The notes under the pieces were generated by a model, which saw only the letters and a program-made list of their open reading frames with translations, did no database searches and was not told the DNA's origin. Positions 45,779 to 53,451 of a stretch of DNA of 53,451 nt are shown here, piece by piece (within the stretch, counting starts at the first letter, position 1; every line of letters begins with the position of its first letter). The position numbers and the translations under genes were made by a program. This stretch comes from an uncultured Eubacteriales bacterium. GTDB lineage: Bacteria > Bacillota > Clostridia > Oscillospirales > Oscillospiraceae. The stretch is taken from assembly GCA_949294945.1 (NCBI GenBank), contig CASFJB010000003.1, forward strand, positions 1-53,451. Reading direction: 5' to 3'.

Positions 45779-47944
45779 TCATCCGTACTGTTCGGACACA
45801 TAGATGGAGGCCCTGGACTGGATAAGCTCCACCGTTTCCTCCAGGCTCTTGTCCCCGGCCAGGTAGGCCTGGCCGCATTCCAGGATGATGTCCCTCAGCT
45901 GGCTGTCGGAGCAGCGTTCGGCGCCTTGGGTGTTTTCCAGCAGGCCCATGAACCGCTCCACCTGTTCCCCGCTCAGCTCCTCCTCCGCCATGCGCAGCAG
46001 GGCCTGTCGGTTCACCGGCAGGCAGTATTCAATGTCCATCTGCTTGTCCATGGACAGCTGCTCCTTTATAAAGGCCCAGGCTCCCTCCTTGTTGGCGGAG
46101 TTTGCCGGTATGGCCATGCTGCCACCGTAGTCGCAGTTGAAGCAGCTGAAGCCGCTGCCCCCGTCGGGGAAGCCCACAAAGGCGCAGGGCTCGCCGAAAA
46201 GCTCATCCAAGGCCTTCAGCCTTGCGGGACTGGAGATAGGCTCCACAGACAGCACCACCTGGGAGAACTCCAGGTAGGGCACGGCGCTGCCCTCCTCCAC
46301 CGCATCCCCCATGGCGCTGCACCAGGCCAGAAGCCCGGCAAAGGAGGCATCGTCAAAGCTGCACCGGGCATTCTCCCTGTCCACATACTTTACCGTCCCC
46401 AGCTGAGCCACCCATCTGAGCATATTCTGCTTGTCCATAAAGGTCATGAACACAGCCTCATACCGGTCGCTCTGCTCCAATATCTCCTGGTAATCCTGAG
46501 GGCTGAGATTTTCCCGGCCCTCCACGTCGGAGGCCCTGGCCGCCAGGGTATCCACGCTCACCCCGGCCCATAGCTCGTGGAGCTGCTCCCCGTCGCTGAG
46601 AGCCTCCAGTATGCCTGGGATGAAGTCCTCCCGGCCAATGTCCGCATCACTGTCTATATAGCCGTACAGGTTTTCATAGGCGGCGGAGCTCACGTTCAGG
46701 TTGTTGTTGAAAATGATAAGGTCTATCTTTCCCCCGGCAGCCAGGTCGGCCAGCAGCCTCTGCTCTTCGTCCTTGCCATACTCGGTTATCTCGTAGATAT
46801 AGGGGCCGCCCTTCATATTCAGCTCGTAGGCGTTGCCCACTGCGTTGGAGTTGCCCATGTCGTAGAGGGCCAGCTTCACCGTGCTTTTCTCCGTGACAGG
46901 CTGCTCCACCAGACCCGTGACCAGCATATAGTCCTCCACCAGGGTGCAGATAAAGAAGTTCTCACTGAGGCGGCAGGCAAATTCGCAGCTGCCAATGTAA
47001 GCGCTGTAGCTCCACTGGTAGAGCTCTCTTGTGCTGCCCGTCTCCACGTCGCAGGCCACGAAACGGCCTTCCGAGGAGACGATATATTCCCCCTCCAGGT
47101 TCTGGCATGTGCACCAGTTGGGCACGCTCACCGTTCTGTTTTCCCCCGGGTCCTTATAGCTCAGCTCCCTCAGGCTGTCCGGGCTCTCCATCAGAAAGTA
47201 TTTGAAAGCGTCCCTCTCATTCATGGCCAGCACCACTCCCTGGGCGGTGAGCTGCATGGAGTACACCTCAGCGTTTTCCCGCCGTATAGTGCTGATATCC
47301 TCCGTCTGCCAGGGGAAGGAGGATACATAGTCATTACCCATGAGATAGACCCGCTTTGAGGCGTCCACCACTATGCATGAGGCCCATCCCTCCTGCCAGC
47401 CGGATATCTCCATCTTGTCCAGCAGTTCCCCTTGGGGCGAGTATTGCAGTATGGCTATTCGGCCCTGGTAGTCCTCGTTGGTATAGACTTCATAGCCCCG
47501 CATATAAATTGGGGCATGCTCTCCCGCCAGCACATAGAAGCAGCCGTCTCCCCCGGCGGTGACGCAGTATACCGAATCATTGTAGGGCGGCTGGACATCC
47601 AGAGGCAGCAGCTCCGTCTCCCCGAATTGGGGGACGCCGCCCTCCGGGATCTCATAATTCGTCAGGGCCAGCACCGGCACGCCGTCCTGATAGCCGCTGA
47701 GCAGCAGCTTGTGGTCTATCCGGGCAATGCCCCGCACGGAGCAGCCCGCAGGCATGGGGTATTCCTTTTTGGAATAGAACACCGGCTCCGTCTCCACGTT
47801 CTCCGTCTCTTCCTGGACGGTGTTCTGAGCCTGGGGTGCAGCCTCCATGTCCCCCGTCTCTGCGCTCTCCCCGGTCTGTCTGCCGCAGCCCAAAAGGGAA
47901 ATGACCAGAACCAGGGCCAACAGCATGGATATAGCTCTTTTCAC
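45779..47944 (-). CDS. lipoprotein with a C-terminal solute-binding-protein-like domain and an uncharacterised N-terminal ~350 aa
   Basis: Lipobox LVISLLGC. The C-terminal half resembles family-1 extracellular solute-binding proteins (AIPANSANKEGAWAFIKEQLS). No ABC permease or ATPase gene is nearby. Confidence 0.6.
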   Translation of the reverse strand: MKRAISMLLALVLVISLLGCGRQTGESAETGDMEAAPQAQNTVQEETENVETEPVFYSKKEYPMPAGCSVRGIARIDHKLLLSGYQDGVPVLALTNYEIPEGGVPQFGETELLPLDVQPPYNDSVYCVTAGGDGCFYVLAGEHAPIYMRGYEVYTNEDYQGRIAILQYSPQGELLDKMEISGWQEGWASCIVVDASKRVYLMGNDYVSSFPWQTEDISTIRRENAEVYSMQLTAQGVVLAMNERDAFKYFLMESPDSLRELSYKDPGENRTVSVPNWCTCQNLEGEYIVSSEGRFVACDVETGSTRELYQWSYSAYIGSCEFACRLSENFFICTLVEDYMLVTGLVEQPVTEKSTVKLALYDMGNSNAVGNAYELNMKGGPYIYEITEYGKDEEQRLLADLAAGGKIDLIIFNNNLNVSSAAYENLYGYIDSDADIGREDFIPGILEALSDGEQLHELWAGVSVDTLAARASDVEGRENLSPQDYQEILEQSDRYEAVFMTFMDKQNMLRWVAQLGTVKYVDRENARCSFDDASFAGLLAWCSAMGDAVEEGSAVPYLEFSQVVLSVEPISSPARLKALDELFGEPCAFVGFPDGGSGFSCFNCDYGGSMAIPANSANKEGAWAFIKEQLSMDKQMDIEYCLPVNRQALLRMAEEELSGEQVERFMGLLENTQGAERCSDSQLRDIILECGQAYLAGDKSLEETVELIQSRASIYVSEQYG

Positions 47945-47983
47945 ATCTTCCGCTTCCTTTCTGTTGCAGATTATGCCAAAGGT

Positions 47984-48784
47984 TTAAAAACCTTTTTTCC
48001 CCATAAGATAGCGCTTCCTGTATTTCAGCTCCACGTAGTCCATTATTTTCTTGTAATACACCGGGTTTGCCGCCCCGCCGACGACTCCCACTATGGGCAG
48101 GCCCTGGACGAATTTAAGCAGCAGCATATCCAAGGCGAAAGCGGAAGAAGTCACTTCTATCTGCCTTTCCAGCTCCTCATCCCTCACGCTTTTACCGCCT
48201 GCCGGGAGAAGCAGGTCCACTTCCCGGTCCCGCCGCTCATAGTCCTCCCCGCTGCTGAGGGAGGCGGCGAGCATTTTAAGGATGAGCAGCTTTTCAAAGT
48301 CCGACTTATATTCAAAGCCGTAGCTCAGGGCCGTCTCATACACGCCCCTTAGCAGCATGGCTATGAACAGCACTATGTCCGGCAGGCCTATGCCCAGGAC
48401 TCCCAGGCCCAGGCCCTCCGCCGTGGTCACGGTCATGTTCACCAGCCGGGAGCGGCGGGCCCCCTTGAAGAGCTGCCGCAGTTCCCGGCGGCCGCCCCAG
48501 GCCCGGAAGGCATAGTCCCTGACGCTGTGCTCCGTGGTGATCTTATCCACGGCATAGCTCTTTTCTATAATTGCTCCGCCCCGGTCGAACACCAGGGCAA
48601 AACCCTTGCAGAAGGCCGCCTCCAGGCCGGCGTACACCTTTTTCGGCACCTTCGCCTCCAGGCTCTCCTTCCACTTTGACCCCCTGCGCTTTGCAGCGGC
48701 GGCGGCCAGCTTTTCCTCCCGCTTCTCTATCAGGGCCAGCTCCCTGTCCACCGGGGTGCGGGGCCTTTTCCCTTTCAGCAGCAT
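47984..48784 (-). CDS. EcsC-family protein
   Basis: 266 aa whose overall pattern (N-terminal KREEKL, AAFCKGF, central hydrophobic GLGVLGIGLPDIVLF) matches EcsC-like proteins as I recall them. Confidence 0.55.
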   Translation of the reverse strand: MLLKGKRPRTPVDRELALIEKREEKLAAAAAKRRGSKWKESLEAKVPKKVYAGLEAAFCKGFALVFDRGGAIIEKSYAVDKITTEHSVRDYAFRAWGGRRELRQLFKGARRSRLVNMTVTTAEGLGLGVLGIGLPDIVLFIAMLLRGVYETALSYGFEYKSDFEKLLILKMLAASLSSGEDYERRDREVDLLLPAGGKSVRDEELERQIEVTSSAFALDMLLLKFVQGLPIVGVVGGAANPVYYKKIMDYVELKYRKRYLMGKKGF

Positions 48785-49221
48785 AAGTCCTCCCCTTCTG
48801 CCGGGCCCTCCCCCAGCTTTAAATTTATTCCGTATATATCCTCTATGGCTACGGCGCTGCCGTCGGCCATTATGAGTTTCCCCTCATATTCGTCTATCTT
48901 CTTCACCCGGCCGCCGAGGGTGACCAGAGCGCCTCCGGCCTTCCGTTCATCCGCTTTGAAGCAGACTATCTCCGCCTCAGGCCGCTCCTTTATATGCTCC
49001 CTGAGCCTGCGAAGCTCCCGGTCCAGCTCCTCTATCCGGTCCCCGGCCAGCTCTGTTTTGCTATCGGTGAGGCGGGCGGCCTCCTCCACCGCCTCCTCAT
49101 AACCTGTGAGGGCGGCAAAGGGGGCGAACTGGGCCGCCCTGTCCCCCACCGGCATCGGCGCATGCAGCCTGGAGACTGGATGGGGCAGAGCGATTATATC
49201 ATCATATTTTCCTGCTCTCAT
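48775..49221 (-). CDS. YolD-like protein (accessory to Y-family polymerase)
   Basis: 148 aa with MPVGDRAAQFAPFAALTGYEE, typical of the YolD family. Its start overlaps the polymerase stop. Confidence 0.7.
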   Translation of the reverse strand: MRAGKYDDIIALPHPVSRLHAPMPVGDRAAQFAPFAALTGYEEAVEEAARLTDSKTELAGDRIEELDRELRRLREHIKERPEAEIVCFKADERKAGGALVTLGGRVKKIDEYEGKLIMADGSAVAIEDIYGINLKLGEGPAEGEDLCC

Positions 49222-50717
49222 GCTCTGTGCCCCCCTATCTGGCGGTTCCTGTCCCGGCCTGTGGCCCCCTCCTGGTAGCTGGTGCCGTGGAGTATGGCGT
49301 TCTTGCCGTATTTCTTTTTTATCTTCAGCATGGCCTGCTGCCTTTTTTCCTCCCGCGCCAGGGCTGCGCTGTCCATATCCCGGCAGTCCTCCGGCTCCCC
49401 GAAGAGGTCCAGCTGCCGAAAGCAGCTTTCCTCCCCGGCGCCCTTCGGCTTCACGTTTGCGGCCACCACATACATCCGCCGGACCTGGAGCTTTCTATCC
49501 ACTATCCTGTCAAAGAGCTCCAGGGTCATCTCCGTTATCAGCCGGTTGGAGGAGCTGAAGCGGCCCAGATTCACGGAGCCGTGGGCCGCCTTGGGGATAT
49601 CCCTCCCGTACAAGTCGGTTTTCACTTCTCCCTCAAAGCTGCTGCCTCTCCCCAGCATCTCATAGCCCACGGTGAGGACCATCTGGTCGGTGACCAGGCC
49701 CTTGTCTGCCAGGTCCAGCACCAGGGCATCCGTCATCTCCCGGACTATCATCCGGGCCCCGTTGAAATCATAGGGCTGCTGGAGCACCTGGCCGCTGCTG
49801 ATGCTGTTGGTCTCCGGCCTGTAGCTCTTTATGTCCTTTATGGTGCAGGGCTCCCAGCCCCAGGCGTGGTCTATAAGCAGCTGGGCGTTGACGCCGAAGA
49901 GCTTATACAGCAGCTCCTCATTGTAATAGTCCCCGGCTCCCCCCAGGGAGCAGCGGGCTATATCCCCCATGGTATAGAGGCCCACGGCCTCCAGCTTTTT
50001 CGCATAGCCCCGGCCTACACGCCAGAAGTCCGTCAAAGGCCGGTGATTCCATAATATTTGACGGTAGCTGTCCTCATTTAGTTCCCCTATACGCACCCCG
50101 TCTTTATCGGCCTTTGCCCGCTTTGCCACCACGTCCATGGCCACCTTGCACAGGTACAGGTTGCTGCCTATCCCCGCCGTAGCAGTGATGCCGGTCTGCT
50201 CCAGTACCTCATGTATCATCAGCCGGGCAAAATCATGGGCGGAGATATTCCTGGTCCTGATATAGTCGGTGACGTCCATGAACACCTCGTCTATGGAATA
50301 GACATGTATATCCTCCGGGGCCACGAAGCGGGTGTATATGTTATAGATGCGGGTGCTGTATTCTATATATTTTGCCATCCTGGGCTTTGCCACGATATAG
50401 TCCAGCTCCAGAGCCGGATCTCCCTTCAGCTCCCCGGCGCTGAAGGACTTGCCGCCAAAGTCCCCGCCTTTCAGCCGTCCCCGGCGGCGGGCATTTTCCG
50501 TCTTTACCTGCTGCACCACTTCAAAGAGCCGGGGCCGGCCCGGGATGCCTATGGCCTTCAGGGACGGGGACACCGCAAGACAGATGGTCTTTTCCGTGCG
50601 GCTGCTGTCCGCCACCACCAGGTTTGTGTCCAGAGGGTCCAATCCCAGCTCCGCGCACTCCACCGAGGCGTAGAAGGACTTCAAGTCTATAGCTATATAA
50701 GTACGCTCTCCCACCAC
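49218..50717 (-). CDS. Y-family translesion DNA polymerase (UmuC/UvrX/DinB-like)
   Basis: 499 aa with YIAIDLKSFYASVE (catalytic Asp) and SIDEVFMDVT (the SIDE motif). It uses a GTG start. Confidence 0.88.
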   Translation of the reverse strand: MVGERTYIAIDLKSFYASVECAELGLDPLDTNLVVADSSRTEKTICLAVSPSLKAIGIPGRPRLFEVVQQVKTENARRRGRLKGGDFGGKSFSAGELKGDPALELDYIVAKPRMAKYIEYSTRIYNIYTRFVAPEDIHVYSIDEVFMDVTDYIRTRNISAHDFARLMIHEVLEQTGITATAGIGSNLYLCKVAMDVVAKRAKADKDGVRIGELNEDSYRQILWNHRPLTDFWRVGRGYAKKLEAVGLYTMGDIARCSLGGAGDYYNEELLYKLFGVNAQLLIDHAWGWEPCTIKDIKSYRPETNSISSGQVLQQPYDFNGARMIVREMTDALVLDLADKGLVTDQMVLTVGYEMLGRGSSFEGEVKTDLYGRDIPKAAHGSVNLGRFSSSNRLITEMTLELFDRIVDRKLQVRRMYVVAANVKPKGAGEESCFRQLDLFGEPEDCRDMDSAALAREEKRQQAMLKIKKKYGKNAILHGTSYQEGATGRDRNRQIGGHRA

Positions 50718-50750
50718 TGTTCACCGCCTTAATTTTCCTAACGCGATAAT

Positions 50751-50779
50751 ATTATAGCATATATTGTCTTAATTGGCAA
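50751..50779 (-). promoter_or_regulatory. candidate sigma-A promoter TTGCCA-17-TATAAT for the polymerase operon
   Basis: On the minus strand, TTGCCA lies at 50779-50774 and TATAAT at 50756-50751. Confidence 0.5.
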
Positions 50780-50820
50780 TAGCGCTTTATAGCCGCCATA
50801 AAAGCCTATGGGGAAAAGGC

Positions 50821-50850
50821 ATAAAAGATCCCCGGCCGGAAAGGCCGGGG
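50821..50850 (-). terminator. intrinsic terminator after the VanZ gene
   Basis: CCCCGGCC-GGAAA-GGCCGGGG hairpin. The minus strand continues ATCTTTTATGCCTTTT. Confidence 0.65.
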
Positions 50851-50856
50851 AGCAGT

Positions 50857-51333
50857 TCAGGAAAACCTGTCTCTGTCTATTCGTTTTTCTATGAAGCGCT
50901 CAAATATCACGGCACAGAGCCAGAGCCCCACCATATAGCCGCAGAAATCCAGCAGCACGTCCTGGACCTGGGAGCCCCGGCTGGAGATGAGCTGCAGGGA
51001 CTCGTCAATTACGGCGGCGGAGAGCCCGGCAAAGGCACAGTTAACGTAGCCCTGAGGGCCCTGCTTGTCTCTCAGGTGCAGCAGCAGACTGAACTCGGCG
51101 CCCAATATGCCGAACTCCACGAAATGGGCCAGCTTTCTTAGGAAGTGGTCGCTCTTTGGTGAGAGGTGTATGCCCAAGACCCTCAGCAGCTCCACTATTC
51201 GCTCCAGCAGTCCCTGGCTCACAGCCTGGGACTCCGCCCTGGGCATAAGGGAGTTGACCCAGATAAAGGCCAGAGTCAGGGCTATGAGTATCTTGATAAG
51301 GCGGCAGAGCCGCTCATAATCCCGTTTATCCAT
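50857..51333 (-). CDS. VanZ-family membrane protein
   Basis: 158 aa with 4 TM segments and FLRKLAHFVEFGILG, typical of VanZ-like proteins. Confidence 0.8.
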   Translation of the reverse strand: MDKRDYERLCRLIKILIALTLAFIWVNSLMPRAESQAVSQGLLERIVELLRVLGIHLSPKSDHFLRKLAHFVEFGILGAEFSLLLHLRDKQGPQGYVNCAFAGLSAAVIDESLQLISSRGSQVQDVLLDFCGYMVGLWLCAVIFERFIEKRIDRDRFS

Positions 51334-52136
51334 CAGTCTTTATACTCGAACATCAAATCGTACATGCTCACGGTGTCCCCGTCCTTCACGCCCATCTCCT
51401 CCATGCGCTGGCCGACAGACATCTTTTGAAGCCGCTCATAAAGGGCATTGAGCTCCTTGGACTTGATGGCATCTTTGGGTTTCTTGTCGAGCAGGCGATG
51501 AGCCTTGTTGATGTTACCGCCCGACCCGATGAGGGCCGACGGCCGGTAACGACTGGCTTTCTCACCCAGCCACGCGGCGAACGCCTCTTCCTCGCTGGCC
51601 GAAACGGCCCCGCTGATGTAACGCACGGTTCCCAAGCGGAAAGAGCGGGCCTCTACTTGACGGTTCTCGGCATAGACGACAACTTCGGTGGAGCCTCCTC
51701 CCACGTCGATATAGAAATAGGATTTCTCCTTGTCGAGCACTTTTTCGAGGCCGCCGGCCTCATATATCGTGCGGGCTTCGGTATTGCCATCGACGATGGT
51801 GATGTCGATACCGCAAGTGCGGGCTATCGTCCCGGCCACCTCGGCCCCGTTTTCCGCCTCGCGCATGGCACTGGTGGCGCAGGCTTTGTAAGCATCGATG
51901 TCGAACGTCTTGAACAAGGCGGCAAAGGCCGACATGGCTTGCGTAAGCGCCGCCACCTTCCCGGGTGTGACATGCCCGAGCGAGAAAACATCTTCGCCCA
52001 GACGTATGGGCACCCGCACAAAGGCGGCTTTTTTAAACTCAGGAGCATCATACTCCTCGACATAGTCAATAAGAAGGCGTATGGCGTTTGAGCCGATGTC
52101 GATGGCTCCAAACGTGTATCTCTTCGGTTCCTGCAT
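51333..52136 (-). CDS. ppx: Ppx/GppA-family phosphatase N-terminal (ASKHA) domain protein, C-terminally atypical
   Basis: YTFGAIDIGSNAIRLLI and YIDVGGGSTEVV phosphate-binding motifs. The ORF ends at 267 aa with a non-Ppx tail, GVKDGDTVSMYDLMFEYKD. Confidence 0.75.
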   Translation of the reverse strand: MQEPKRYTFGAIDIGSNAIRLLIDYVEEYDAPEFKKAAFVRVPIRLGEDVFSLGHVTPGKVAALTQAMSAFAALFKTFDIDAYKACATSAMREAENGAEVAGTIARTCGIDITIVDGNTEARTIYEAGGLEKVLDKEKSYFYIDVGGGSTEVVVYAENRQVEARSFRLGTVRYISGAVSASEEEAFAAWLGEKASRYRPSALIGSGGNINKAHRLLDKKPKDAIKSKELNALYERLQKMSVGQRMEEMGVKDGDTVSMYDLMFEYKD

Positions 52137-52187
52137 ATCTGCCTTTCGTTAGTAGTGTGTATTCGATTCCGGGAACGTCCCTGACAA

Positions 52188-53451
52188 TTATTTCTCGTAA
52201 TTCGACAAGCGGCCGTAATACTCATATAGGGCCGCCTGGCTGCGCAAAGGTTCTTCGCCCGGGGTGGGGTGCACATAGGTATTTTGGTGCCCCTCGTCGA
52301 GCAGACGTGCCTTGACCGTGTCGTGCCATTGTATGTCGAATACCTCCCGGGCCTTTTTGCGTATGACCTCGTCGTAGAGCGGCACACACACTTCGACACG
52401 ACGGTCGAGGTTGCGTGCCATCCAGTCGGCGCTTCCCGTGTAGATAGTCTCATGGCCTCCGTTGCAGAAGATATAGAGACGGGCATGTTCGAGGTATTTG
52501 TCGACGATGCTTATTGCCCGAATGTTCGGGCTCAACCCTTCGACCTGCGGCAAGAGGCAACAGGCGCCGCGCACGATAAGGCGCACTTCGACCCCGGCAC
52601 GTCCGGCCTCGTAGAGTTTCTCGATAATCCCCACATCGGTGAGCGAATTGCACTTGGCATAGATATAGGCTCTTTCGCCCTTGCGCGCATGATGTATCTC
52701 GTTATCGATCTTATCATAAAACTCTTGCCGCATGTAATAAGGCGAGACCATCAGGTGCTTGAAGGTAAACTGCTTGTGGCTGTTCGACAAGAAAAGAAAC
52801 ACATTGAGGACATCTTGCGTAATCTCGGCATGGGAAGTGAAAAGCCCGAAATCGGAATAGATGAGCGCCGTGTTTTCATTGAAATTTCCGGTTCCGATAT
52901 AGGCATAACGTTTCAACCCGCGATGCTCCCGGCGTTCGACGAGGACCACTTTGCTGTGCACTTTGAGGTCTTCCATGGTGTGGAGTATCTTCACGCCCTC
53001 GCGTTGCAGGAGGTCGGTATTTTCCATGTTCTGTTCCTCGTCAAAGCGGGCTTTGAGTTCGAGCATGGCATAGACCTTCTTGCCGTTTTTCACCGCATTG
53101 ACCAAGGCGTTTATCACTTTGGAATGTTCGGCCGTACGGTACAGGGTGATGTAGATGCTCTCGACACGGGGGTCGATGGCGGCTTCGCGCAGGAAATCGA
53201 TAAAGTGCTGGAAAGTGTGGTAGGGATAATTCAGGAATATATCGCGCCGGGCAATGACGTCGAGGATACTCGAAAAGAGGGAAATCGAGGGGTGTTGTAT
53301 GGGTTTCTGCTGGGTATAGAGGAGGTCGGGACGCACCTTGGGAAACTTCATGAGGTCTTTCATCATGTGATAGCGTTCGCCGGGAGCCAACATTTCGACA
53401 TTGTCGAGGCCGAGTTTCCCGGCCAGGATTTCGACCATGTCGACCGGCATG
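52188..53451 (-). CDS. ppk1: polyphosphate kinase 1, C-terminal ~420 aa (N-terminus beyond the window)
   Basis: Two PLD-like modules (LKVHSKVVLV, YLEHARLYIF) with PPK1-type spacing. The ORF is open to the window edge. Confidence 0.88.
   Translation of the reverse strand, partial: MPVDMVEILAGKLGLDNVEMLAPGERYHMMKDLMKFPKVRPDLLYTQQKPIQHPSISLFSSILDVIARRDIFLNYPYHTFQHFIDFLREAAIDPRVESIYITLYRTAEHSKVINALVNAVKNGKKVYAMLELKARFDEEQNMENTDLLQREGVKILHTMEDLKVHSKVVLVERREHRGLKRYAYIGTGNFNENTALIYSDFGLFTSHAEITQDVLNVFLFLSNSHKQFTFKHLMVSPYYMRQEFYDKIDNEIHHARKGERAYIYAKCNSLTDVGIIEKLYEAGRAGVEVRLIVRGACCLLPQVEGLSPNIRAISIVDKYLEHARLYIFCNGGHETIYTGSADWMARNLDRRVEVCVPLYDEVIRKKAREVFDIQWHDTVKARLLDEGHQNTYVHPTPGEEPLRSQAALYEYYGRLSNYEK

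Noticed and set aside
50718-50856. LexA/Cheo box upstream of the Y-family polymerase.
   Set aside because: I looked for GAAC-N4-GTTC and CGAAC...GTTCG on both strands and found no match. It is reported only as an absence.

Overview
This is a GC-rich chromosomal segment of Firmicutes (Clostridia) type, densely coding and mostly housekeeping. From left to right it carries the following.

- **Proteostasis block (minus strand):** engB (partial), lon, clpX, clpP, tig.
- **Small housekeeping genes:** a metallophosphoesterase, a small DUF1540 gene missing from the ORF track, then yraN, rnhB, rbgA and lepB.
- **Surface-glycan cluster (9.7-17.1 kb):** three GT2 genes, a hexapeptide acyltransferase, a Wzy_C/O-antigen-ligase-like membrane protein and a double GT4.
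- **Folate C1 / corrinoid methyl-transfer locus (17.2-24.4 kb):** MTHFS, folD, an FTCD_C cyclohydrolase, a homocysteine-type methyltransferase and a RACo-like activase on the minus strand. DUF2284 and a URO-D::B12-binding fusion run divergently on the plus strand.
- **glgA** with a roughly 210-aa repetitive, charged N-terminal extension, followed by an XRE-family membrane regulator.
- **One long minus-strand array:** fumarate hydratase alpha, three tandem GT-C (ArnT/PMT-like) membrane glycosyltransferase paralogs, fumarate hydratase beta, and malic enzyme. Two of the three paralogs are frameshifted.
- **More housekeeping:** a HAD-IIA phosphatase, xerD, queA-tgt-yajC and dapA.
- **Metal resistance:** a CadA-type P-type ATPase with a separate HMA protein and a decayed ArsR-family regulator.
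- **Remaining genes:** an orphan lipoprotein, EcsC, a YolD-like protein plus a Y-family polymerase, and VanZ.
- **Final 2.1 kb:** ppx and a partial ppk1 in a visibly different sequence style.

I found no rRNA, tRNA, CRISPR array, IS element or prophage.

The items most worth follow-up are:
1. The corrinoid methyl-transfer locus, whose parts list is non-canonical.
2. The GT-C triplet splitting the fumarate hydratase subunit genes, with a gene-conversion patch and paired -13/+13 nt lesions.
3. The GlgA repeat extension.
4. The compositional junction near 51.4 kb, where the Ppx ORF ends in an Obg-like C-terminal tail. This could be horizontal transfer or assembly chimerism.

All calls rest on reading the supplied translations and the DNA by eye. 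No database searches were run.
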